Origin: a virus
Lineage: Duplodnaviria > Heunggongvirae > Uroviricota > Caudoviricetes
Length of the DNA stretch: 64,000 nt
Reading direction: 5' to 3' (one strand)
IMG/VR virus record: IMGVR_UViG_3300047392_000113
Span: 55,152-119,151 of that record
The notes beneath the pieces were generated by a model. It worked only from the letters and a program-made list of their open reading frames with translations. It made no database searches and was not told the DNA's origin. A program made the translations under genes and the position numbers. Position 1 is the stretch's first letter. Each line of letters starts with the position of its first letter. Shown piece after piece: positions 1 to 8,993 of the stretch.

Positions 1-1918
1 TGCTACTACTCTAAGTTCTACTCTTGCAGTAACTAGCACTTCTACTTTCACAGGCGCTACAACTCACAATGGTGGTTTGACAGCAGCTTCTAGTTCTATT
101 ACTGGTAACGAAACTGTTGGTGGCACATTAGGTGTAACTGGTGCTACTACTCTTTCTAGCACTCTAGGTGTTACTGGTGCAACTACAGTTGGTGGTAACG
201 TAGCCGTTAACGGTGGTAGCTTGACTACTACTCAGACTACATTTAACTTAGTTAACGCTACTGCGACTACTCTAAACATCGGTGGTGCGGCAACTACTGT
301 TTCTATTGGTGCTGCTACTGGTACAACAACTGTTAACAATAACCTAGTTGTTGCTGGTAACTTAACAATCTCTGGTACAACAACTACAATCAACGCAACT
401 ACTCTTGATGTTGCTGACTTGAACATTACTGTTGCTAAGAATGCTGCAACTGCAGCAGCTGCGAACGGTGCAGGTCTAACAGTTGCTGGTGCAAATGCTA
501 CTATTCTCTATGCTTCTACAGGCGATCGTTGGGAACTAAACAAGCCTCTATATGTTGCTGGTACTGGCGCTATCACTGGAAATGCTACTGTTGGTGGTAC
601 GTTTGGTGTAACTGGTGCTACTACTCTTTCTAGCACTCTAGGTGTTACTGGTGCAGCGACATTCGGGACAAGTTTGATTCTGAATGGTTCTACAAGTGGT
701 GCTACAACAATCGTTTCTACAGCTGCAGCTTCTGGTACTTTAACTCTACCAGCTGCAACTGATCAGTTAGTTGGTCGTGCTACAACAGATACATTGACTA
801 ACAAGACAATGTCTGGTGCAAGTAATACTTTCACCAACATTCCAAATAGCGCATTGTCAAACAACACAATCTCTGGTGTTGCTTTAGGTGGTACTCTTGG
901 TACCTTGACTATGAACACTTCTGGAACTGGTCTAAGTGGTTCTACTACTTACAACGGTTCTGGTGCTGCAACGTTCACTGTAACAAGTAACGCTACTAGT
1001 GCAAACACTGCATCTACTATTGTTGCTCGTGATGCTTCTGGTAACTTTACTGCAGGTACTATTACTGCAGCGCTGAGCGGTAATGCTTCTACTGCGACTA
1101 CTCTACAAACTGCCCGTAACATCCAGACTAACCTTGGAAGCACTTCTGCTTCTTCGTTCAACGGATCTGCAGATATTGCTCCAGGTGTAACTGGCACTCT
1201 TGCTATCGGTAACGGTGGTACTGGTGCGACTACTGCAGCTGCTGCTCGTACTAACTTGTTGCCTGCTCAATCTGCGGGCGTTGCTGGTTATGTTCTTTCT
1301 ACTAACGGTACTGATGTTTCTTGGACATATCTTGGTAATGCGATGGTTACTACCTTCAACGGACGTGCCAACGCTGTTACATTAACTTCTGGTGACGTTA
1401 CTACTGCTCTTGGTTTCACACCATTAAATAGCTCATCAACTGCAGCTGCTGCAACATATGCAGCTTATCTAACTGGACGTGATGCTTACACTAACGGCTC
1501 TGATGGTTGGTTCCGTTCTAATGGACAAGCTGGCTGGTATAGCGCAACTTATGCTGTTGGTATCTATGCTACTCAAGCAGGATGGGTTCAGACTTATAAC
1601 TCTGCTGGTATTTTAGCCAATAACTTCCAGCAAGTATCTGACGTAAGACTAAAAGATAATATTACTGATTCTAAATATGGTTTAGATACAGTTCTTCAGT
1701 TACGCTCAGTAGAGTATGACATGAAGAGTAACGGTAATCACGAAGTTGGTTTGATCGCTCAAGAAGTTGAAAAAATCATTCCTGAGTTCGTTCATACTAG
1801 TGCAGATGAAGAAGGTACTAAGTCAGTTAACTATGCACAAATGGTTTCTGTTCTGATCAAAGCGGTGCAAGAACTTAGCGCAGAAGTTACTGCTCTTAAA
1901 GCAAAAATTAAGGAATAA
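1..1918 (+). CDS. Tail fibre / short-fibre-like protein, 5' partial (reading frame open to window start). Thr/Gly-rich repetitive shaft plus C-terminal intramolecular-chaperone autoprocessing domain (peptidase S74-like).
   Basis: Frame-2 ORF with no stop from nt 2. Repeated GATTLSSTLGVTGA motifs. C-terminal ~100 aa (SDVRLKDNITDSKYGLDTVLQLRSVEYDM...GLIAQEVEKIIPEFV...VNYAQMVSVLIKAVQEL) match the conserved S74 chaperone/autocleavage domain of phage fibres and tailspikes. Position is immediately upstream of gp13, like T4 gene 12. Confidence 0.8.
   Translation, partial: ATTLSSTLAVTSTSTFTGATTHNGGLTAASSSITGNETVGGTLGVTGATTLSSTLGVTGATTVGGNVAVNGGSLTTTQTTFNLVNATATTLNIGGAATTVSIGAATGTTTVNNNLVVAGNLTISGTTTTINATTLDVADLNITVAKNAATAAAANGAGLTVAGANATILYASTGDRWELNKPLYVAGTGAITGNATVGGTFGVTGATTLSSTLGVTGAATFGTSLILNGSTSGATTIVSTAAASGTLTLPAATDQLVGRATTDTLTNKTMSGASNTFTNIPNSALSNNTISGVALGGTLGTLTMNTSGTGLSGSTTYNGSGAATFTVTSNATSANTASTIVARDASGNFTAGTITAALSGNASTATTLQTARNIQTNLGSTSASSFNGSADIAPGVTGTLAIGNGGTGATTAAAARTNLLPAQSAGVAGYVLSTNGTDVSWTYLGNAMVTTFNGRANAVTLTSGDVTTALGFTPLNSSSTAAAATYAAYLTGRDAYTNGSDGWFRSNGQAGWYSATYAVGIYATQAGWVQTYNSAGILANNFQQVSDVRLKDNITDSKYGLDTVLQLRSVEYDMKSNGNHEVGLIAQEVEKIIPEFVHTSADEEGTKSVNYAQMVSVLIKAVQELSAEVTALKAKIKE
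113..184 (+). repeat. Direct repeat copy 1 inside the tail-fibre gene (encodes TVGGTLGVTGATTLSSTLGVTGA).
   Basis: About 51 nt (ggtgtaactggtgctactactctttctagcactctaggtgttactggtgca) is identical to the copy at ~606-656. A third degenerate copy lies at 1-40. Confidence 0.7.
587..656 (+). repeat. Direct repeat copy 2 inside the tail-fibre gene.
   Basis: Near-perfect duplicate of 113-184 at the nucleotide level, seen by eye. Confidence 0.7.
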
Positions 1919-1920
1919 TA

Positions 1921-2880
1921 ATGGCTGTTAATTCCAGAGAAAGTCTTAAACAGTATGCGCTGAGAGCACTTGGCGCACCTGTGTTAGAAATTAACATCGA
2001 TGACGATCAACTAGAAGATCGTCTAGATGAAGCCATCGACTACTGGCGACAGTACCATTACGATGGTATTGAAGAGATTTATATGAAGCAACAGATTCGT
2101 GCTTCTGAGATGACTCTAACGACTGGTAATGCAAGCAGTTTCGACATCGGCGAGATTATTACAGGCTTATCTTCTGGAGCCAAAGCAGTTGTCACAAAAG
2201 ACCACAGAACATCTTCTGGTAATCTTTTGTTAATTAAAGATATCACTGGATCATTCCAAACAGGTGAAGTTGTTGCTGGTAAAACAATCACAGCTACTCT
2301 TGATGTAAATACACCAGTAACTCTCCGAGAATACGATAACAAATTCATCTATATTCCAGATTATGTGTTTGGTGTTACAGATGTTCTTTCTATTGGTCAG
2401 GCATCCTCTTCTAAGAGTATGTTTGATTTACAATATCAGTTACGTTTGAATGATTTGTATGATTTGACTTCTACGTCTATCATCTACTATCAAACTGTTA
2501 TGACACATTTAGATCTTTTAGATTTCACTCTAAACGGTAAAGATACATTTAGATTTAACAGACTTCAAGATAGACTATACTTGGATGTTAACTGGAAACA
2601 AAACGTTATCCTTGGTGATTACATTATCATTAAAGCATACCGTGCGATGGATCCAAATCAATGGTCTAAGGTATGGAATGAGACTTGGTTGAAAGATTAT
2701 ACCATTGCGTTATTCAAGCGTCAATGGGCTATCAACATTAAAAAGTTTAAGGGTATTCAACTTCCAGGTGGTGTTACTCTTGATGGTGATTCATTATATG
2801 CAGAAGCGATGACTGAAATCACTGCGCTGAAAGAAGACTTAACTACTAAGTCTGCACCACTAAACTTTATGATGGGCTAA
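1921..2880 (+). CDS. gp13: Neck protein gp13 homolog.
   Basis: N-terminus LKQYALRALGAPVLEINIDDDQLEDRLDEAIDYWRQYHYDG and C-terminus WLKDYTIALFKRQW...LPGGVTLDGDSLYAEA...ALKEDL align to T4 gp13 ([23 protein letters not shown]...YHFDG; WVKDYATALAK...MLPGGVTIDGQRL). Synteny upstream of gp14/gp15. Confidence 0.8.
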   Translation: MAVNSRESLKQYALRALGAPVLEINIDDDQLEDRLDEAIDYWRQYHYDGIEEIYMKQQIRASEMTLTTGNASSFDIGEIITGLSSGAKAVVTKDHRTSSGNLLLIKDITGSFQTGEVVAGKTITATLDVNTPVTLREYDNKFIYIPDYVFGVTDVLSIGQASSSKSMFDLQYQLRLNDLYDLTSTSIIYYQTVMTHLDLLDFTLNGKDTFRFNRLQDRLYLDVNWKQNVILGDYIIIKAYRAMDPNQWSKVWNETWLKDYTIALFKRQWAINIKKFKGIQLPGGVTLDGDSLYAEAMTEITALKEDLTTKSAPLNFMMG

Positions 2881-2881
2881 A

Positions 2882-3793
2882 ATGTCTACAACAAATGTAT
2901 ATTTTTCACAAGGTACACGAAACGAACAGTACCTAATCGAAGACTTGATCATAGAATCTCTAAGAATCTATGGCCAAGAGGTAATGTACATTCCAAGAAC
3001 GTTAGTTTCTAAGGACGAAATTTTAGGTGAGGATCGTCTAAGTAAATTTAAGTCAGCTTTCCCTATCGAAATGTATTTCGAGAATGTAGATTCGTTCGGT
3101 GGACAAGGCGCATTCATTCAGAAGTTTGGTTTGATGATGGAGCAATCAGCTACATTGGTAGTTGCTCGTCGTCGTTGGGAACAATTCGTTGGTCGTTATG
3201 GAGTTACTACTGTTCCAACTAGACCAAACGAAGGTGACCTAATCTACTTCCCATTATCTAAAGGTTTGTTCGAGATTAAATTCGTTCAACATCAAGATCC
3301 ATTCTATCAGCTAGGTAAACTATATGTTTACAAGTTACAAGTAGAACTATTCCAGTATGCTTCAGAAGCTATCGATACTGGTATTGCTGCAGTAGATGCG
3401 TTTGAAACACTTAAGACTTTCAATACTAATACCACTAGAAATAATACTGGTGGTGTTAAGTCTATTACTATAACTTCTAATGGCTCTGGATATACTTCTG
3501 TGCCAACAATTTCGCTCATTAGCTCTACTGGTATGGGTGCTACAGCAGAAGCAGTGATCAATAACGGACAGGTAACTTCAATCAATGTCACTAACAGTGG
3601 AACTGGTTATCAAACTCCACCAGTTATCACAATCACTGGTGGTAGCGGTACTGGCGCTCAGGCAGAATCTCATATCGAAATTAACATCGACAAAGCAGAC
3701 TCTTTCGGTGATAATAATAAGTTTAAACAACAGTCTTCGACTGTTCTCAATTTTGACGATTCTAATCCATTCGGAGAGATAAACAATGCTTAA
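2882..3793 (+). CDS. gp14: Neck protein gp14-like, carrying two ~35-aa SGYT surface repeats in its C-terminal part.
   Basis: Position between gp13 and gp15 and size. Assigned by synteny. Repeats SITITSNGSGYTSVPTISLISSTGMGATAEA and SINVTNSGTGYQTPPVITITGGSGTGAQAE resemble the repeats inserted in the sheath protein. Confidence 0.55.
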   Translation: MSTTNVYFSQGTRNEQYLIEDLIIESLRIYGQEVMYIPRTLVSKDEILGEDRLSKFKSAFPIEMYFENVDSFGGQGAFIQKFGLMMEQSATLVVARRRWEQFVGRYGVTTVPTRPNEGDLIYFPLSKGLFEIKFVQHQDPFYQLGKLYVYKLQVELFQYASEAIDTGIAAVDAFETLKTFNTNTTRNNTGGVKSITITSNGSGYTSVPTISLISSTGMGATAEAVINNGQVTSINVTNSGTGYQTPPVITITGGSGTGAQAESHIEINIDKADSFGDNNKFKQQSSTVLNFDDSNPFGEINNA

Positions 3794-4529
3794 TGGAAAC
3801 GTGTATTATCACGGCATCATCCGAAAGGGTATCGTATCATTCGGACGTTTGTTCAGCGATATCTACATTGATCGTAAACAAGGTGACTCTGTTAATGGTA
3901 CAACTGCACAAAGACTGCAGGTTCCTTTAGCCTATGCACCTAAAGAAAAATGGTTGGTTCGTTTGGATTCTGATCCAAACTTGGAAAACCATACAATGAT
4001 TTCTTTACCAAGAATGTCTTTCGAGATTACAGATTATACATACGACTCTTCTCGTAAAACAAACCGTATGCAAAAGATTAAGTCTGGTGATTCTACAGTT
4101 CAATCTAGTGTCTATACCCCAGTCCCTTATAATGTTGGTATCAATTTATACATTCTGACAAAGACACAAGAAGACGGTCTTCAAATTCTAGAACAGATCT
4201 TACCAACGTTCACTCCAGAATACACTTTAACGATTAACACGATTGATTCATTGGGTATCAAAACGGACATCCCTATCATTCTAAATAATGTATCAGTCCA
4301 AGACGAGTATGATGGTTCTTTCCAAGAAAGAAGATTTGTTACTCATACATTGAATTTCAATATGAAGATGAATCTGTTTGGACCAGTTTCTGGGCAGAAC
4401 GTTATTCAACAAGTTAATGCAAACATTGGAAACTCTGAAGACTTTTCCAATGCTAATAGAATTTATACAGCTGATGGTGATTTAACTACTACAACTGTCA
4501 CTAACGAAACGTGGACAAATAACTTTTAA
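3786..4529 (+). CDS. gp15: Tail sheath stabiliser and completion protein gp15 homolog.
   Basis: RLFSDIYIDRKQG...LQVPLAYAPKEKWLVRL...SLPRMSF...DGLQILEQILPTFTPEY aligns with T4 gp15 (DLFSNIQIKRQ...IRVPITYASKEHFMMKL...ILPRINL...FQIVEQILPYFQPHF). Confidence 0.8.
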   Translation: MLNGNVYYHGIIRKGIVSFGRLFSDIYIDRKQGDSVNGTTAQRLQVPLAYAPKEKWLVRLDSDPNLENHTMISLPRMSFEITDYTYDSSRKTNRMQKIKSGDSTVQSSVYTPVPYNVGINLYILTKTQEDGLQILEQILPTFTPEYTLTINTIDSLGIKTDIPIILNNVSVQDEYDGSFQERRFVTHTLNFNMKMNLFGPVSGQNVIQQVNANIGNSEDFSNANRIYTADGDLTTTTVTNETWTNNF

Positions 4530-4531
4530 TA

Positions 4532-6106
4532 ATGGCAGAATTTTATAATAATAATCCTAACCTGAAGGCTGCTGGTGTTCAGATTAGTTTTACCCCAGAA
4601 CAGATCCAAGAATATATTAAATGTGCTCAGGATCCGATCTACTTCATCGAAAACTATTGCTACATCGTTTCTCTTGACCATGGCTTGATTAAGTTCGCCT
4701 TGTATGATTGTCAAAAGAATAAGATCAATGTCATCCACAATAACCGTCGTGTTATTCTTATGGAAGGACGTCAGCAAGGTAAGACCACCACATCTGCTGC
4801 ATACATCTTGTGGTATACCTTATTCCAACCGAATAAAAACGTAGCTATCTTGGCTAACAAAGCCACTGCTGCTCGAGAAGTTTTAGATCGTTATCAGATT
4901 ATGTATGAAGCATTACCTATATGGCTTCAACAAGGTGTTACAACTTGGAACAAGGGCGACATCGAATTAGAGAACGGATCTAAAGTTTTTACTGCAGCGA
5001 CTTCTGCTTCTGGTATTCGTGGTAAGTCTGTTAACTTATTGTACGTTGACGAAGCTGCGATTATTCCAAACACTGTTGCAGAGCAGTTCTTCACGTCTGT
5101 TTACCCTACTATTTCTGCGGGACAGACCACTAAGATTCTTCTTTCCTCTACACCACTCGGTTATAACCACTTCTGGAAGTTCTGGAATGACGCTGAGAAT
5201 GGTCGTAACGGATTCGTCCCATTATTCATTCCTTACTGGGAGATTCCAGGTCGTGATGAGAAGTGGGCTGAAGAACAAAAGGCGATGCTCGGTGAACTCA
5301 AGTACAACCAAGAGGTTGCTTGTAAGTTCTTGGGTTCTAGTTTAACATTGATTGCAGCAGATATCATAGCTCAGATGTCTATAGACCCAACAATCTATCA
5401 GAAAGAAGGGTTGGATGTTTATGTGAGACCATCGGCTGGACATATGTATTGTTTAATCGCAGACACCGCAAAGGGTGTTGGTGGAGATCACTCGGCATTC
5501 CAAGTTATAGATATCACAGAAACACCATATAGAATTGTAGCTAAGTATAGAAATAATGAGATTAGCCCACTTCTATATCCGAACGTCATCTACAAGATGG
5601 CCAAGGAATACAATGAAGCCTATGTTCTAATCGAAACTAACGTTAGTGAACAAGTGGCTTATATTTTACATGCAGAATTAGAATATGAAAACATTTTGAT
5701 GGTTAACCAATCTTCTACTGGACAGTATGTCGGTGGTGGTTTCGGCGGTGGTAAAAACCGTCTCGGTGTTAATACAGATAAACGTGTGAAGCGAATCGGA
5801 TGCCATAACTTTAAGTCTATGGTTGAAGAGAAAAAGATGATTATTAGCGATGCTGATACTATCTCCGAAATCTCTACTTTCATTGAAAGAAAGGGATCTT
5901 ATGAGGCGGATGAGGGTTATCACGATGATTTGGTTATGCCTCTTGTGTTGTTCGGATGGCTCACAACCCAGCCGTATTTCAAAGAGCTAAATAATGTGGA
6001 TCTTCGAAAAATTATGTATGAGAAGAAAATACAGGCTATCGAAGATGAATTGACTCCATTTGGGTTTTATGATGACGGGCAGGAAGCTGCTCCATTAAAC
6101 TTCTAA
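4532..6106 (+). CDS. gp17: Terminase large subunit gp17 (ATPase plus nuclease). N-terminally short relative to T4 gp17.
   Basis: Walker A LMEGRQQGKTT, Walker B LLYVDEAA, and a C-terminal acidic nuclease region (GYHDDLVMP). The order of ATPase and nuclease motifs is as in T4 gp17. Confidence 0.9.
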   Translation: MAEFYNNNPNLKAAGVQISFTPEQIQEYIKCAQDPIYFIENYCYIVSLDHGLIKFALYDCQKNKINVIHNNRRVILMEGRQQGKTTTSAAYILWYTLFQPNKNVAILANKATAAREVLDRYQIMYEALPIWLQQGVTTWNKGDIELENGSKVFTAATSASGIRGKSVNLLYVDEAAIIPNTVAEQFFTSVYPTISAGQTTKILLSSTPLGYNHFWKFWNDAENGRNGFVPLFIPYWEIPGRDEKWAEEQKAMLGELKYNQEVACKFLGSSLTLIAADIIAQMSIDPTIYQKEGLDVYVRPSAGHMYCLIADTAKGVGGDHSAFQVIDITETPYRIVAKYRNNEISPLLYPNVIYKMAKEYNEAYVLIETNVSEQVAYILHAELEYENILMVNQSSTGQYVGGGFGGGKNRLGVNTDKRVKRIGCHNFKSMVEEKKMIISDADTISEISTFIERKGSYEADEGYHDDLVMPLVLFGWLTTQPYFKELNNVDLRKIMYEKKIQAIEDELTPFGFYDDGQEAAPLNF

Positions 6107-6121
6107 TGAAAACTTGTAAAT

Positions 6122-6129
6122 CATAAATA
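6122..6129 (+). promoter_or_regulatory. T4-type late promoter motif (CATAAATA) upstream of the sheath gene.
   Basis: NATAAATA ~55 nt upstream of gp18 ATG, with a Shine-Dalgarno AAGGAG at 6171-6176. Confidence 0.4.
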
Positions 6130-6183
6130 AAATGTAGACATAAAACCTGTCTAGAGTAAAACTTATCAATAAGGAGAATTACA

Positions 6184-8352
6184 ATGCCTTTCCAATTATC
6201 TCCAGGCGTTGCAGTCGTAGAAAAAGATTTTTCAGCAATTGTTCCAGCAGTATCTAGCTCTCGTGGAGCATTCGCTGGCGCTTTTGCGTGGGGTCCAGTT
6301 TTGGCTCCCACTAGTGTTACCTCTGAAGGCGAACTAGTTCGCATCTTTGGTAAACCAACTGATGCTAACGCTCAGGCATTCTTTACTGCTGCCAACTTCC
6401 TATCTTATACAAACAGTATGCTTATCAGCCGTACTGATGGCTCAGCTGCTAAAAACGCTGTTGCTGTTCAATCTGGTAGCGTTTCTAACATTGCAGTCGG
6501 TGTTGCTGGTTCTGGTTATACAACCAACCCAACAGTAGCGATTTCTGCTCCACAAGATTCTGGCGGTACTCAAGCTACAGCTAACGCTATTCTATCTGGT
6601 GGTGGTGTTACAGCTGTAACTGTTTCTGCTGGTGGTTCTGGTTACACTACTGCTACTGCTATTTTCACTGGTCCACAAACTGTAGGTGGTACTACTGCTA
6701 CTGGTACAGTTACCCTAGCTGGTGGCGCTGTTACTGGTATCGTTATCACTAACGCTGGTACTGGTTATACTACTCCACCAACATTAACTATTAATGGTAA
6801 CGGATCTGGTGCTACTGTTGGTACAGTATCAATCTCTGCATCTTCTGTTCTAACTTTCGTTATCACTAACGCTGGTTCTGGATATACTGCTGCTCCAACA
6901 GTTACTGTTAGCGCTCCAGGTACTGGTGTTACTGCTACAGCAACTGCTACAATCACTACTGCTGGTGTTAAGATCAACAATAGCAATGATTACCTATCAT
7001 CTTTTGCTAACGGCTCTGGCGTATTCGGTGAATTTGCTGCTCGATATCCAGGTGCTCTAGGAAACTCTATCCTAGTTTCCATGGCAGATTCTGCAACATT
7101 TGCTACTTGGGCATACAAGGCTAACTTTGATGCTGCTCCAAGCACATCTACATACTCTGCTTCTGTTAATGGTTCTAACGATGAATTGCACATTGTTGTT
7201 ATCGATGAAGACGGTCTATGGACTGGTACACCAGGAACTGTTCTAGAGAAATATGCGTTCGTTTCTAAAGCATCTGATGCTAAGAAATCTGACGGTACAA
7301 ACAACTACTACAAAGACGCCATCAACGCCAATTCCGATTTTATCTATTGGATGGATCACCCTGCAGCTGTTGCTGCTAACTGGGGCGGTCAAGCTGCAGC
7401 TAAAGCATTCTCTTCTTTGAGTGCTGCTGTTACTCGTTCTCTAAGTGGTGGCGTTGATAGCTTGACTGCTACTGATGGTGAGACAATGACTGCATTCGGT
7501 CTATTCTCAAACGACATTCAGTATGACATCTCCCTAATCCCATTGGGTAAGGCTTCTCCAACTGTTGCTAACTACGTAATCGGTATTGCTGAGTCTCGTC
7601 TAGATTGCGTTGTATTCGCTTCTGCACAAGACGTTTCTTCTGGTGATCCAGTTATCGGTACTGGCTCTGCTGCTACTGATAAGATCGTTGCTTACCGTAA
7701 CGCTCTACCAAGCACTAGCTACGCTGTTCTTGACTCTGGTTTCAAATACCAATACGATCGTTACAATGACAAGTACCGTTGGATCCCATTGAACGGTGAC
7801 ACTGCTGGTCTATGCGCACGTACTGACTACACTAATGATCCATGGTTCTCTCCATCTGGTCTAAACCGTGGTCAAATCAAGAACGTTGTTAAGTTGGCAT
7901 TGAACCCAACTAAAGCAGATCGTGATGTTCTTTACAAGGTTGGTGTTAACCCAGTTGTTAGCTTCCCAGGTGAAGGCACTGTTCTATTCGGTGACAAGAC
8001 TCTATTGGCTAAGCCAAGTGCGTTTGATCGTATCAACGTTCGTCGCTTGTTCATCGTTATGGAAAAAGCAATCGCTACTGCTGCTAAATTCCAGTTGTTC
8101 GAATTCAATGATCCGTTTACACGTGCTCAGTTCAAGAACTTGATCGAGCCATTCCTACGTGACATTCAAGGTCGTCGTGGTATTACTGACTTTGCTGTTA
8201 AGTGCGATGAGTCTAACAACACTGGTCAAGTAATTGACTCTAATAACTTTGTTGCTGACATCTACGTTAAGCCAAATCGTTCTATCAACTTTATTACTCT
8301 AAACTTCGTAGCTGCTCGTTCTAACATCAGCTTCACTGAGTTGGGTGCGTAA
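6184..8352 (+). CDS. gp18: Tail sheath protein gp18, with ~4 copies of an inserted SGYT repeat domain.
   Basis: The C-terminal third (DTAGLCARTDYTNDPWFSPSGLNRGQIKNV...VLFGDKTLLAKPSAFDRINVRRLF...) is the conserved sheath C-domain. The N-terminal region has repeats VAGSGYTTNPTVAISAP, AGGSGYTTATAIFTGP, NAGTGYTTPPTLTING and NAGSGYTAAPTVTVSAP. Confidence 0.9.
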   Translation: MPFQLSPGVAVVEKDFSAIVPAVSSSRGAFAGAFAWGPVLAPTSVTSEGELVRIFGKPTDANAQAFFTAANFLSYTNSMLISRTDGSAAKNAVAVQSGSVSNIAVGVAGSGYTTNPTVAISAPQDSGGTQATANAILSGGGVTAVTVSAGGSGYTTATAIFTGPQTVGGTTATGTVTLAGGAVTGIVITNAGTGYTTPPTLTINGNGSGATVGTVSISASSVLTFVITNAGSGYTAAPTVTVSAPGTGVTATATATITTAGVKINNSNDYLSSFANGSGVFGEFAARYPGALGNSILVSMADSATFATWAYKANFDAAPSTSTYSASVNGSNDELHIVVIDEDGLWTGTPGTVLEKYAFVSKASDAKKSDGTNNYYKDAINANSDFIYWMDHPAAVAANWGGQAAAKAFSSLSAAVTRSLSGGVDSLTATDGETMTAFGLFSNDIQYDISLIPLGKASPTVANYVIGIAESRLDCVVFASAQDVSSGDPVIGTGSAATDKIVAYRNALPSTSYAVLDSGFKYQYDRYNDKYRWIPLNGDTAGLCARTDYTNDPWFSPSGLNRGQIKNVVKLALNPTKADRDVLYKVGVNPVVSFPGEGTVLFGDKTLLAKPSAFDRINVRRLFIVMEKAIATAAKFQLFEFNDPFTRAQFKNLIEPFLRDIQGRRGITDFAVKCDESNNTGQVIDSNNFVADIYVKPNRSINFITLNFVAARSNISFTELGA

Positions 8353-8357
8353 TTAGA

Positions 8358-8365
8358 GATAAATA
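8358..8365 (+). promoter_or_regulatory. Late promoter motif GATAAATA upstream of the tail tube gene.
   Basis: NATAAATA ~20 nt upstream of the gp19 start, followed by an AAGGAG RBS. Confidence 0.35.
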
Positions 8366-8386
8366 AGAAGAACAAAGGAGAATTAA

Positions 8387-8974
8387 ATGGCAAATATTGC
8401 TGATTTTAAATCACAGATGATTGGTGGGGGCGCTCGCCCTAACCAATTCCGTGTAGAACTAACATTCCCAAGTTTTGTTACGCTTGGGGCTGTAGCTGGA
8501 CAACGTGCACAATTCTTGTGTAAAGCTGCTCAACTACCAGCTTCTAGTATCGAGACTATCCCTGTACTATTCAAGGGTCGTCCAGTTAACTTTGCTGGTG
8601 AGCGTACTTTCGCTCCATGGACTGTTACAATCTATAACGATACCACTTTCGGTATTCGTAACGCTCTTGAGCAGTGGCAATCTGGTATCCAGAACTATGA
8701 CACTACTCTAGGTCGTACAAACCCTACTGATTATCAAGTAGACCTACAAGTTCACCAACTAGATCGTTCTGGTTCTATCATCAAGACTTACAAGTTTATC
8801 GATGCATTCCCAACCAACATCTCTGCGATCGGTTTGGATTACGAACAACAAAACGCTATCGAACAGTTTGATGTAGAGTTCCAATACAACTACTTCACTT
8901 CTGGCACTGGCGCTTCTGGTGGCTTTGGAGTTAATGTTTCTGTTGATACACCAGTTGGTTCTATTCCTCTATAA
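8387..8974 (+). CDS. gp19: Tail tube protein gp19.
   Basis: ARPNQFRVELTFPSF...AQFLCKAAQLPASSIETIPV...GRPVNFAGERTFAPWTVTIYND aligns with the T4 gp19 N-terminus (FARPNLFQVEISYLGQNFTFQCKATALPAG...). Confidence 0.9.
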   Translation: MANIADFKSQMIGGGARPNQFRVELTFPSFVTLGAVAGQRAQFLCKAAQLPASSIETIPVLFKGRPVNFAGERTFAPWTVTIYNDTTFGIRNALEQWQSGIQNYDTTLGRTNPTDYQVDLQVHQLDRSGSIIKTYKFIDAFPTNISAIGLDYEQQNAIEQFDVEFQYNYFTSGTGASGGFGVNVSVDTPVGSIPL

Positions 8975-8993
8975 TTAGAAGAAGGTTTATATA

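Noticed and set aside
5019-5345. Same-strand internal ORFs within larger genes (e.g. 5019-5345 in TerL, 8505-8711 in gp19, 12574-12801 in gp22, 21742-22320 in gp46, 52719-53159, 59277-59582).
   Set aside because: These are out-of-frame ORFs nested in genes whose main frame has clear homology or motifs.
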